This document shows, piece after piece, positions 41,329-48,153 of a stretch of 48,153 bases of DNA (position 1 is its first letter; the number at the start of each line of letters is the position of its first letter). The notes beneath the pieces were generated by a model. It ran no database searches. It saw nothing but the letters and a program-made list of their open reading frames with translations, and was not told where the DNA came from. Source of the DNA: an uncultured Gammaproteobacteria bacterium (GTDB taxonomy: Bacteria; Patescibacteriota; Microgenomatia; UBA8517; UBA10165); the NCBI GenBank assembly GCA_964432785.1, contig CAYSOV010000001.1, positions 33,087 through 81,239 on the forward strand, in the 5' to 3' direction. Position numbers and translations under genes: made by a program.

Positions 41329-41364
41329 ATAGCACAGGTCTTGTGTAGAAAATGCCACAGGGGT

Positions 41365-43020
41365 TTATACCTCAACCACAACCGGTAAAATCATTGGGCG
41401 GCGGCCGGTTTCCTCAAAGAAAAATCGCTCAAGAAAATCTATTGTAATTTCTCGAGCATGCCTTCCGTCTCCTTTGTGGGAATGTTTTTGAACCTTATTT
41501 TTCAACTCGTTTCCTGCGCGATTAAGAAAATCCTTTTGCTCCTTTGCAAAAACAAACCCCCGGCTTATAAGGTCGGGCCGGTCAAAGAGTTTGCCTGTGC
41601 TCTTGTCAATTTGCAAAACAACAACGACAACGCCTTCTTTTGCTAAAGTCTTTCGGTCCCGAAGGACAACATTCCCGACATCCCCAACTCCCAATCCGTC
41701 AACCATAATCTCATGTACCGGAATTTTCTCTACCTTTCTTGCTTGACCGTTTGAAAACTCGGTGACATCTCCCGGCTCAAGTTCAAAAACCTGCTCTTTT
41801 TGCCATCCCATTTTTTGGGCAAGGGTGGTATAAGCCCTCATATGCCGCACCGTGCCTCCTATCGGAACGAGGTATTTCGGGCGAACCAAAGCAAAAAGCA
41901 TCTCTATCTCCTTTTGCGAACCGTGGCCTGAAACATGCAAGTCCTCCTGGGTATCATAGTAATGGACCTCCGCACCGTTTTTGATAAGCTCGTCGACAAC
42001 ATAGTTTACGGCTTGCTCTGTCCCCGGAGGGGCCGGGTCAGCCGAGAAAACGACAATATCTCCCTTTTTGATTTTCAAAAACGGATGGTCGCCAAGAGCC
42101 GCGCGCGTTAAGGCGGAATCAGATTGGCCGTAACTACCCGAAATAATATAAAGCACCTTTTGGTCCGGCATCTTTCCTGCCTCCTTTGGAGAAATCACAA
42201 GGTTCTGGGGAACATTAAGAAACCCAAGTTTTTTTGCTATCTCCGCTTTTTTTTCTGTTGAGCGGCCAATGAAAATAATTTTTCTGCCTAAAAGCTCTGC
42301 TACTCTTATCACCTGCTGCATCCTTGAGATATTTGAGGAAATAGTCGTAAAAAATACCCTCCCTTTTGCTTCTTCGACAATAAGCTCCATCCTTTTTTCG
42401 ATATCGAGCTCCGATTCGGTATAACCCGAGGATGTTGAACCCAGAGAATCCGAAGCAAGGGCCAAAACCCCGTCTTTTGCCAAGAGGGCCGCTCTTGCAA
42501 TATCAAAAGGTTTTTGATCAACCGGAGTCCAGTCAAATTTATAATCCGGGACATGGAAAAATTTCCCGGCAGGGGTGGTCAGACAAAATCCGACTCCGTC
42601 GGGGACGGAGTGAGAAACCCGAAACGCTTCTATTGTGAAAGACCCCAACTTTATTTTCTCCCTGTCGGGATCAAAAACATTAATCTTTGCGTCTCTTATC
42701 CCGTAATCCAAAAATTTATCTTCTATAAACCCGGCAACAAGTTTGGTTGCGTAAATCGGAACTCTTACCTCTTGGTATAAAAAGGGGAGGGCACCAATAT
42801 GATCCTCGTGGCCATGCGAGATAAGAACTCCTCTTATCTTATTTTTGTTTTTCAAGATATAAGTAAAATCGGGGATAACCAGATCTATGCCGTATGTTGC
42901 CTCTTCGGGAAACCCCACGCCGCAGTCAACAATAATAATGTCATTATCACCCTCGTAAACATACATATTTTGCGTAACGCTGGTTGTCCCGGAAATTGGT
43001 ATAAATCTTAACTTATTCAT
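41365..43020 (-). CDS. rnj: Ribonuclease J
   Basis: Metallo-beta-lactamase motif (LISHGHEDHIG) plus beta-CASP and C-terminal domains. 551 aa. Confidence 0.92.
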   Translation of the reverse strand: MNKLRFIPISGTTSVTQNMYVYEGDNDIIIVDCGVGFPEEATYGIDLVIPDFTYILKNKNKIRGVLISHGHEDHIGALPFLYQEVRVPIYATKLVAGFIEDKFLDYGIRDAKINVFDPDREKIKLGSFTIEAFRVSHSVPDGVGFCLTTPAGKFFHVPDYKFDWTPVDQKPFDIARAALLAKDGVLALASDSLGSTSSGYTESELDIEKRMELIVEEAKGRVFFTTISSNISRMQQVIRVAELLGRKIIFIGRSTEKKAEIAKKLGFLNVPQNLVISPKEAGKMPDQKVLYIISGSYGQSDSALTRAALGDHPFLKIKKGDIVVFSADPAPPGTEQAVNYVVDELIKNGAEVHYYDTQEDLHVSGHGSQKEIEMLFALVRPKYLVPIGGTVRHMRAYTTLAQKMGWQKEQVFELEPGDVTEFSNGQARKVEKIPVHEIMVDGLGVGDVGNVVLRDRKTLAKEGVVVVVLQIDKSTGKLFDRPDLISRGFVFAKEQKDFLNRAGNELKNKVQKHSHKGDGRHAREITIDFLERFFFEETGRRPMILPVVVEV

Positions 43021-43082
43021 TTTCTATTTTGAGATTTACTATTTACTATTGGAAATCAAATAGAAAATAGCAAATAGTAAAT
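43021..43082 (-). repeat. IGR-C copy 2 (leader upstream of rnj)
   Basis: The coding strand reads atttactatttgctattttctatttgatttccaatagtaaatagtaaatctcaaaatagaaa-ATG. It shares ttttctatttg and ctatttgcta with 13176..13243. Confidence 0.7.
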
Positions 43083-43703
43083 TTATATAAGGTTCATCTG
43101 TTCTGTTTTCTCTTTTTCTTTATCTATATCTGTTTCTATCTTTTTTAGCAGTTCAGGAATAACCTTGAAGTCTTCTCTTATTTGCCGCATTATATCAAGA
43201 CTTCGAAGAGCCGCCGCCGGATGGTACATAGGCACCACCGCAACAGTCCTTCCCTGCCATTGTACCACTTTCGGCTTTCCGTGGACCTGGGAAATTTTTG
43301 CGCCCGGTAAAAATTTACCCATGGAAAACCGGCCGAGGGTAACCACAATCTTTGGATTAATAATTTCTATCTCCCTGTCCACATACGGCTGAAAGGCTAA
43401 AATTTCTTCCGGTAGAGGGTCGCGGTTATCAGGCGGCCTGAAGCGCACGACATTTGAAATATAAACATCCTCACGTCTGCAACCAATGTTCTGGACAAGC
43501 TGATCAAGCAGCTTTCCCGCCTGGCCAACAAAGGGTCTCCCGAGTTTGTCTTCATGGAAACCCGGACCCTCCCCAAGAAAGTATATTTCAGCATCAGGGT
43601 TGCCCTCACCAAAAACAAGCTGGGTGGCACCATCCCGCAAGGGTAGATTTTTATCGTCTTCCATTTTCTTTTTTAACTTTTGAAGCTCTTCTTTTTTGTC
43701 CAT
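43083..43703 (-). CDS. udg: Uracil-DNA glycosylase superfamily protein (family 4/5-like)
   Basis: GEGNPDAEIYFLGEGPGFHEDKLGRPFVGQAGKLL and a C-terminal HPAAALR motif. Confidence 0.85.
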   Translation of the reverse strand: MDKKEELQKLKKKMEDDKNLPLRDGATQLVFGEGNPDAEIYFLGEGPGFHEDKLGRPFVGQAGKLLDQLVQNIGCRREDVYISNVVRFRPPDNRDPLPEEILAFQPYVDREIEIINPKIVVTLGRFSMGKFLPGAKISQVHGKPKVVQWQGRTVAVVPMYHPAAALRSLDIMRQIREDFKVIPELLKKIETDIDKEKEKTEQMNLI

Positions 43704-43705
43704 AG

Positions 43706-44191
43706 TTATATTGTCAAGTCTACAAATTCTACATCATTTCTTTCCGTATCGTAAACGGCAAAGGAAGGAGAGGAGGTACGACCAAGGGCCCCGGGCCTTG
43801 CCACCAGAGTCTTTCCATAAACCGCCCTGTGTTTACTGTGGATATGCCCGCAGAAAAGTACATCGTATTCTTGGCTTTTAATTGCTTCTTTTAATTTTCC
43901 GGGGTAGTGGCAAACGCCAATCTTCCTTCCTCTAAGCGTAAGTTTCAAGAAGCGAGAATTAAATTTAACTTTGGCTTTTCTTAAACTTACAACTATTTGA
44001 GGGTCAATATCAGCGTTTCCCAACACCCCGTAAACCTTAATTCCCAGGCTGTCCATAATATTTACTACACCGGGGGACGACCAGTCTCCGCAATGAATGA
44101 CAGCCCTCGCTTTAATCTCCTTTGCAAACCCGAGAGCATGTTTTAGTCGCACAATGTTATCATGGCTATCGGAGATGACGAGAACTCTCAT
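43706..44191 (-). CDS. YfcE/MJ0936-like metallophosphoesterase
   Basis: VISDSHDN, HCGDW, LGNAD and CGHIH motifs. 161 aa. Confidence 0.85.
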   Translation of the reverse strand: MRVLVISDSHDNIVRLKHALGFAKEIKARAVIHCGDWSSPGVVNIMDSLGIKVYGVLGNADIDPQIVVSLRKAKVKFNSRFLKLTLRGRKIGVCHYPGKLKEAIKSQEYDVLFCGHIHSKHRAVYGKTLVARPGALGRTSSPSFAVYDTERNDVEFVDLTI

Positions 44192-44293
44192 AAATTAGTG
44201 TATAGTGCAGAGTAGTCAGTGCACAAGAAGAGAAAATTACACCCTGTTTATATTTCCCCTAAGCACTAAGTGCTATGCGCTATGCGCTGATTC
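44192..44293 (-). repeat. IGR-D copy 2 (leader upstream of the phosphoesterase gene)
   Basis: The coding strand reads gaatcagcgcatagcgcatagcacttagtgctt...taaacagggtgtaatttt...ctgcactatacactaattt-ATG. Confidence 0.5.
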
Positions 44294-45340
44294 CTAATAC
44301 GAAGACAGATATTGCTTGATGTTTTGCTCTGTTACTTGCACTTTTTGAGTCTTGCCTTCGACAACCTCTCTGGCTATCTTTCTAACAATGCTCTCTATAG
44401 TGCGTTCCAATGTTCTCATTCCCGCATCATACCCTAATGGTCGCACAATAATCGGCCACACGTCATCATTTAGAGTTACGGCTTCTTGCGGCAATCCGGA
44501 TACTTCTACAGCTCTGGGCAACATATAATTTTTACCGATAGTAATTTTTTCCTCGTCCGTGTATGAGGGCATTTGTATTATCTCAAGTCTATCCAAGACC
44601 GCCGTTGCTATATTTGTTGTGTTATTGGCTGTTGCTATAAACAATACCTCCGATAAGGGAAAGGGATAATCTATGTAATGATCAATAAAGGCGTGGTTTT
44701 GCTCGGGATCTAAAAGCTCAATCAAAACCCCCATTATCGCTGACCGACCGTCGGGGTCAACCCTGTCTATCTCGTCCAAAAGGACAACCGGGTTTTTAAC
44801 CTGAACATCCCCTAACGCTTTGATAACCTGCCCGGGTTCTGCCTCCGGATACATCTTTGATTTGCCGCGCAAATCCAAAGGAGAGCCTACTCCTCCAAAC
44901 GGAATCCTGTAAAACTTCTTGCCCAGGGCCTCGGCTATTGAGGACGCCACCGTCGTTTTTCCCGTTCCCACCAGTCCGACAAAGCAAAATATAGGAGCAT
45001 GCACCCTGGCATTTTTTTCCTTGTTCAATTTCATAACCGCTATGTATTCAAGAACCCTGTTCTTTATATCTTCCAATCCGTAATGACTTTTATCTAAGAT
45101 CTCTTTTGCGTGGCCAAGATCCAGAATATCCTCTCCTCTTTTTTCCCAAGGAAGCCTAATCAGGTGTTCAATATAATCGGAAGTCCTGTCAAGCTCATCA
45201 AAAGCCGCGGGGGTAGCGCCAATTCTTCCAATCCGTTTTAGTCTTTCGAGCAACCTTTCTGTTAAGTCTTGAGGAAGATGTGCTTTCTCGACCTTCTCTT
45301 GAAGATCTAAAACCTGTTGAGGAATATCCTGGGTGGGCAT
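44294..45340 (-). CDS. Lon-like AAA+ ATPase lacking both the N-terminal domain and the protease domain
   Basis: Colinear with the Lon segment ...LPWEKR...AKEILDKSHYGLEDIKNRVLEYIAV...GLVGTGKTT (Walker A)...VVLLDEIDRV (Walker B)...LDPEQNHAF.DHY...TANN...LDRLEI...AGMRTLER. It stops where the Lon protease domain would begin. Confidence 0.8.
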   Translation of the reverse strand: MPTQDIPQQVLDLQEKVEKAHLPQDLTERLLERLKRIGRIGATPAAFDELDRTSDYIEHLIRLPWEKRGEDILDLGHAKEILDKSHYGLEDIKNRVLEYIAVMKLNKEKNARVHAPIFCFVGLVGTGKTTVASSIAEALGKKFYRIPFGGVGSPLDLRGKSKMYPEAEPGQVIKALGDVQVKNPVVLLDEIDRVDPDGRSAIMGVLIELLDPEQNHAFIDHYIDYPFPLSEVLFIATANNTTNIATAVLDRLEIIQMPSYTDEEKITIGKNYMLPRAVEVSGLPQEAVTLNDDVWPIIVRPLGYDAGMRTLERTIESIVRKIAREVVEGKTQKVQVTEQNIKQYLSSY

Positions 45341-45346
45341 AAGCCC

Positions 45347-45355
45347 AGTATAGCA
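45347..45355 (-). promoter_or_regulatory. Extended -10 element 6 nt upstream of the Lon-like ATG (leaderless-type geometry)
   Basis: The minus strand reads TGcTATACT-gggctt-ATG, within the 33-nt pnp/lon-like spacer. No SD. Confidence 0.45.
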
Positions 45356-45373
45356 GAATAGTAAAATAGCAGA

Positions 45374-47707
45374 TTAAAACCTTTTCTTTGAAGGAATAAA
45401 TCGGCTTGCCGGGAAATGAGGTCCGCCTCGACCCGCTTCGCCGCGAGGCGAGCCCGCTTCGCCAAAGCGCGAGCGAGGCGAGCCCGCTTCGCCAAAGCGC
45501 GAGCGAGGCGAGCCTGCTTTACCGAATCGATGCGAGCCGCCTTCCCGACCGCGCCTCTCGCCTCTGTCCCGTCCTCCCCTTCTTTCTCTGAAACCATCCC
45601 TTGCTCCGCCTACCCTCTCGGTCCTTTTCGCCGGGCGGGAAGAAATGTCGTCATTAAGCCGCATTGTGAGATTTATTCTCCCCAAATCGTCTATCTCCTT
45701 AACCTTAACCTTAACCTTGTCGCCAACTCTAACTATGTCTTGGGGGTCTTTTACGAATTCCTCCGCCATATCGGAAACATGTACCAGCCCGTCTTTGCCG
45801 GGAAGAATCTCAACAAATGCTCCAAAAGGCTGGATTCTTTTAACCTCGCCGTCGTATATTTCCCCCGGTTGAGCCTCTTTAACCAACCCTTCCACCCAAG
45901 CCCGCGCACTATCTACCGCTTCTTGGTTGATTCCGGAAATCGCTACAGAGCCATCGTCTTCAACATCAATGGTTGTACCGGTATCGGCCATTATCTTTTT
46001 TATCATCTTTCCGCCGGGACCGATTATTTCCCCTATCTTCTCTACCGGAACATGGGTGACGGCAATCTTTGGGGCATAGGCCGATATTTTTGCCCGAGTC
46101 TCGGAGATAACCTCAAGCATCTTTCCAAGAATAAAAAGTCTTCCTTCCCGAGCCTGTTTTAATGCCTTCCCTAAAACCTCTAGGGTCAAAAACGGTGTTT
46201 TAACATCAAGCTGTATTGCTGTTACACCCTCTTTTGTTCCGGCAACCTTAAAATCCATATCCCCCGAACCGTCTTCAATGCCCATAATATCCGAAAGAAT
46301 TGCTATGTCCTTTCCTTCAATAACTAATCCCATGGCGATTCCCGAAACAGGCGCAAGGATAGGAACGCCTGCATCCATTAAAGACATCGTTGAGCCGCAG
46401 GTTGAAGCCATGCTTGTTGAGCCGTTTGAAGACAAAACCTCCGAGACAACCTGAACCGTGTAGGGAAATTTATCTTTGGGAGGGATAACAGCCAGTAATG
46501 CGCGTTCTGCCAGGGCCCCGTGTCCAATTTCGCGTCTGGATGGACTCCCTACTCTGCCGGTTTCACCGATCGAATAAGGAGGCATAGAGTAATGATGGAT
46601 ATAGCGCTTTTCCTCTTCCCCGTCTCCCGATTCGATAAGCTGTCCAAGCCGCGGTGAGCCAAGAGTCGTCACGGTCAATGCCTGGGTTTGTCCCCTTGTA
46701 AAAACCGCGGAGCCGTGGGTTCTTGGTAAAACTCCTACTTCTCCTGAGACTTCTCGAATTTCGTCGTGTTTTCTTCCGTCAAGCCTTTTGCCCGAAAGAA
46801 TAGTCTCCCTCACCCTTTCTCGAACAGCCTTGTCAAAGGCCGCGGAAACCAAAGCGGGTTTTTCCTCGGGGAATGCTTCTAAAATTGCCTTTTTTATCTC
46901 TGAATCTTGGCCGTTGCCCTCTTTTGTGGCATTCTCTTTAATGTATTTATCAAGTTCCTGGACAAACTTTTTGCCAATTTGGGTAATAATTTCTTTATCT
47001 TGGGTTTTCTCAAAAGGCTGTTTTTTTACTCCGACCTTTTCGGCTAATTTCTCAATACCGTCTATTATTTTCTGCGACTCCTTTTGGCCAAATTCCAATG
47101 CTCCAAGGACTTTCTCTTCCGGAACCTGACGCCCTCCCGCCTCAATCATAAAAACAGACTCCTTGCTTGATGTCATAACCAAATCAAGCTCGGAAAACTC
47201 AAGCTCTGCTGTTGTGGGGTTGGCAAAACACTCGCTGTCTTTCAAGCCAACGCGCAAAGTGGCAACGGGTCCGTTCCAGGGAATGCTTGATGTCGCAAGA
47301 GCGGCTGAAGCGGCAACTGCCGAAAGAATAGCCGGATCGTTCTCCAAATCCACTGATAAAACCGTTGCGATAACCTGCACATCTTTTTTGAATTCCTTCG
47401 GAAAAAGAGGCCGTATCGATCGGTCTATAAGCCTTGCTGAAAGGATATCTTCGTCAGACGGTCTTCCTTCTCGCTTTACCCAACGGCTTCCTTTAATCCT
47501 GCCCCCCGCGTAAAGACGCTGTATATACTCAACCGACAAAGGGAAATAATCAAGCTCCTGTTTAAGGGGTGCTGAAACGGCGGTAACTAAAACCATCGTA
47601 TCCCCGTAGCGGGCAATTATGCTTGAGTTCGCTTGGCCGGCGAACCGTCCATGCTGAAGTTCAAGAGTCTTTCCTCCGATTTCGATTTTCTGTACCGTAG
47701 ATTTCAT
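45374..47707 (-). CDS. pnp: Polyribonucleotide nucleotidyltransferase (PNPase) with a 93-aa Arg/Gly-rich tail
   Basis: Two RNase PH domains, a KH domain (IGPGGKMIKKI) and an S1 domain (GEIYDGEVKRIQPFGAFVEI), followed by ...RERRGGRDRGERRGREGG...RFGEAGSPRSRFGEAGSPRS.... Confidence 0.95.
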   Translation of the reverse strand: MKSTVQKIEIGGKTLELQHGRFAGQANSSIIARYGDTMVLVTAVSAPLKQELDYFPLSVEYIQRLYAGGRIKGSRWVKREGRPSDEDILSARLIDRSIRPLFPKEFKKDVQVIATVLSVDLENDPAILSAVAASAALATSSIPWNGPVATLRVGLKDSECFANPTTAELEFSELDLVMTSSKESVFMIEAGGRQVPEEKVLGALEFGQKESQKIIDGIEKLAEKVGVKKQPFEKTQDKEIITQIGKKFVQELDKYIKENATKEGNGQDSEIKKAILEAFPEEKPALVSAAFDKAVRERVRETILSGKRLDGRKHDEIREVSGEVGVLPRTHGSAVFTRGQTQALTVTTLGSPRLGQLIESGDGEEEKRYIHHYSMPPYSIGETGRVGSPSRREIGHGALAERALLAVIPPKDKFPYTVQVVSEVLSSNGSTSMASTCGSTMSLMDAGVPILAPVSGIAMGLVIEGKDIAILSDIMGIEDGSGDMDFKVAGTKEGVTAIQLDVKTPFLTLEVLGKALKQAREGRLFILGKMLEVISETRAKISAYAPKIAVTHVPVEKIGEIIGPGGKMIKKIMADTGTTIDVEDDGSVAISGINQEAVDSARAWVEGLVKEAQPGEIYDGEVKRIQPFGAFVEILPGKDGLVHVSDMAEEFVKDPQDIVRVGDKVKVKVKEIDDLGRINLTMRLNDDISSRPAKRTERVGGARDGFRERRGGRDRGERRGREGGSHRFGKAGSPRSRFGEAGSPRSRFGEAGSPRGEAGRGGPHFPASRFIPSKKRF
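45432..45520. repeat. Tandem 30-nt GC-rich repeat (2 full copies flanked by 2 partial copies) inside the pnp 3' end
   Basis: agcccgcttcgccaaagcgcgagcgaggcg at 45451..45480 and 45481..45510. A shortened copy lies at 45432..45452 and a decayed copy at 45511..45520. Translated as the RFGEAGSPRS decapeptide. Confidence 0.9.
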
Positions 47708-47717
47708 ACAAAACCTG

Positions 47718-47987
47718 TTATTTTGAAAGTCCGAGGCTGCCGACCAATTCTTTGTAGCGCTTTTCGTCTTTTCTCTGTAGGTAAAAAAGGAGTCTCCTTC
47801 TTTTTGCTACCATGGACAAAAGACCTCTGCGGCTATGCACATCCTTTTTGTGCTCTTGGAGGTGTTTTGATAAACGCTTTACTTGTTCTGTTAAAAGCGC
47901 TATTTGAACCTCGGGGCTGCCGGTATCTTTCTTATCCTGCGAAAACTTATCTATTATCTTCTTTTTTTCTTCAGGAGTCAATGCCAT
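47718..47987 (-). CDS. rpsO: 30S ribosomal protein uS15
   Basis: [15 protein letters not shown]...[40 protein letters not shown].... rpsO-pnp is a conserved pair. Confidence 0.94.
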   Translation of the reverse strand: MALTPEEKKKIIDKFSQDKKDTGSPEVQIALLTEQVKRLSKHLQEHKKDVHSRRGLLSMVAKRRRLLFYLQRKDEKRYKELVGSLGLSK

Positions 47988-48054
47988 ATTTCGCTGTGTA
48001 AATCCAAGGCCAATCCTACTCCTTGCGAATTAAACCCTAGACTACATCCTCCGT

Positions 48055-48084
48055 ATGATAACACAACCGCTTCCTTTTTATCAA
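48055..48084 (-). promoter_or_regulatory. Candidate promoter for rpsO-pnp
   Basis: Minus strand: TTGATA (48084..48079), 15 nt, TGt, TATCAT (48060..48055). This leaves a leader of about 60 nt. Confidence 0.5.
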
Positions 48085-48153
48085 ATTTACGGCAGGGCCG
48101 GGCCTTTGAAGGGCCTTCGGTCTTGAAATTGTCCGGGGAAATTCTGCCCCTTT

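Noticed and set aside
45307-45597. 96-aa ORF with ...[23 protein letters not shown]...
   Set aside because: It is an out-of-frame reading of the 30-nt tandem repeat inside pnp, and it spans the pnp stop and the Lon-like start. It is an artefact of the repeat.
1-48153. Alternative genetic code (UGA recoding, as in some CPR lineages).
   Set aside because: All conserved genes are intact under the standard code. TGA serves as a genuine stop at several ATGA junctions: rplO/secY, rplX/rplE, rpsQ/rplN and the 761-aa gene/sortase.

Overview
This 48.15-kb window is almost entirely one co-directional housekeeping array. I call 56 protein genes, 55 of them on the minus strand, plus tRNA-Pro(GGG). In minus-strand reading order the genes are: rpsO-pnp, a Lon-like AAA+ gene, a yfcE-like gene, udg, rnj, ftsK, a rodZ-like gene, two small envelope proteins, alaS, a 761-aa membrane protein translationally coupled to a sortase, ruvX, a Zn-ribbon ORF, mltG, rpoB-rpoC, rpsL-rpsG, a 2-gene insertion, fusA-tuf, the full S10-spc-alpha ribosomal superoperon (rpsJ to rplQ), rplM-rpsI and the tRNA. 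There is no rpmD (L30) between rpsE and rplO. Several enzymes are domain-minimised (lid-less Adk, AlaRS without a C-Ala domain, Lon reduced to its AAA+ module), and many ribosomal proteins carry basic tails. Together this fits a small-genome Candidate Phyla Radiation/Patescibacteria-type bacterium using the standard code (TGA is used as a stop at ATGA junctions). I found no CRISPR array, transposase, integrase or recognisable defence system. The signals I consider most worth a second look are: (1) the str operon is split between rpsG and fusA by a membrane-anchored metzincin-type protease gene and an AT-rich orphan gene, the only plus-strand gene in the window. (2) A pseudo-actin/TM/ectodomain protein coupled to a sortase sits inside the alaS-ruvX-mltG cluster. 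(3) A 251-nt promoter-terminator-hairpin array lies between rpsJ and rplC, and there are two more GC-rich hairpin arrays (rpsD-rpoA spacer, rpoB leader). (4) The AT-rich intergenic spacers fall into at least five paralogous families, each anchored at a start codon. (5) A 30-nt GC-rich repeat is translated in opposite orientations in the C-terminal tails of uL23 and PNPase, and a related in-frame insertion lies in the AlaRS editing domain. (6) Extended -10 elements sit 5-10 nt upstream of SD-less start codons, suggesting leaderless or near-leaderless mRNAs. All calls come from reading the sequence and ORF translations by eye. No database search, folding or statistics was run.
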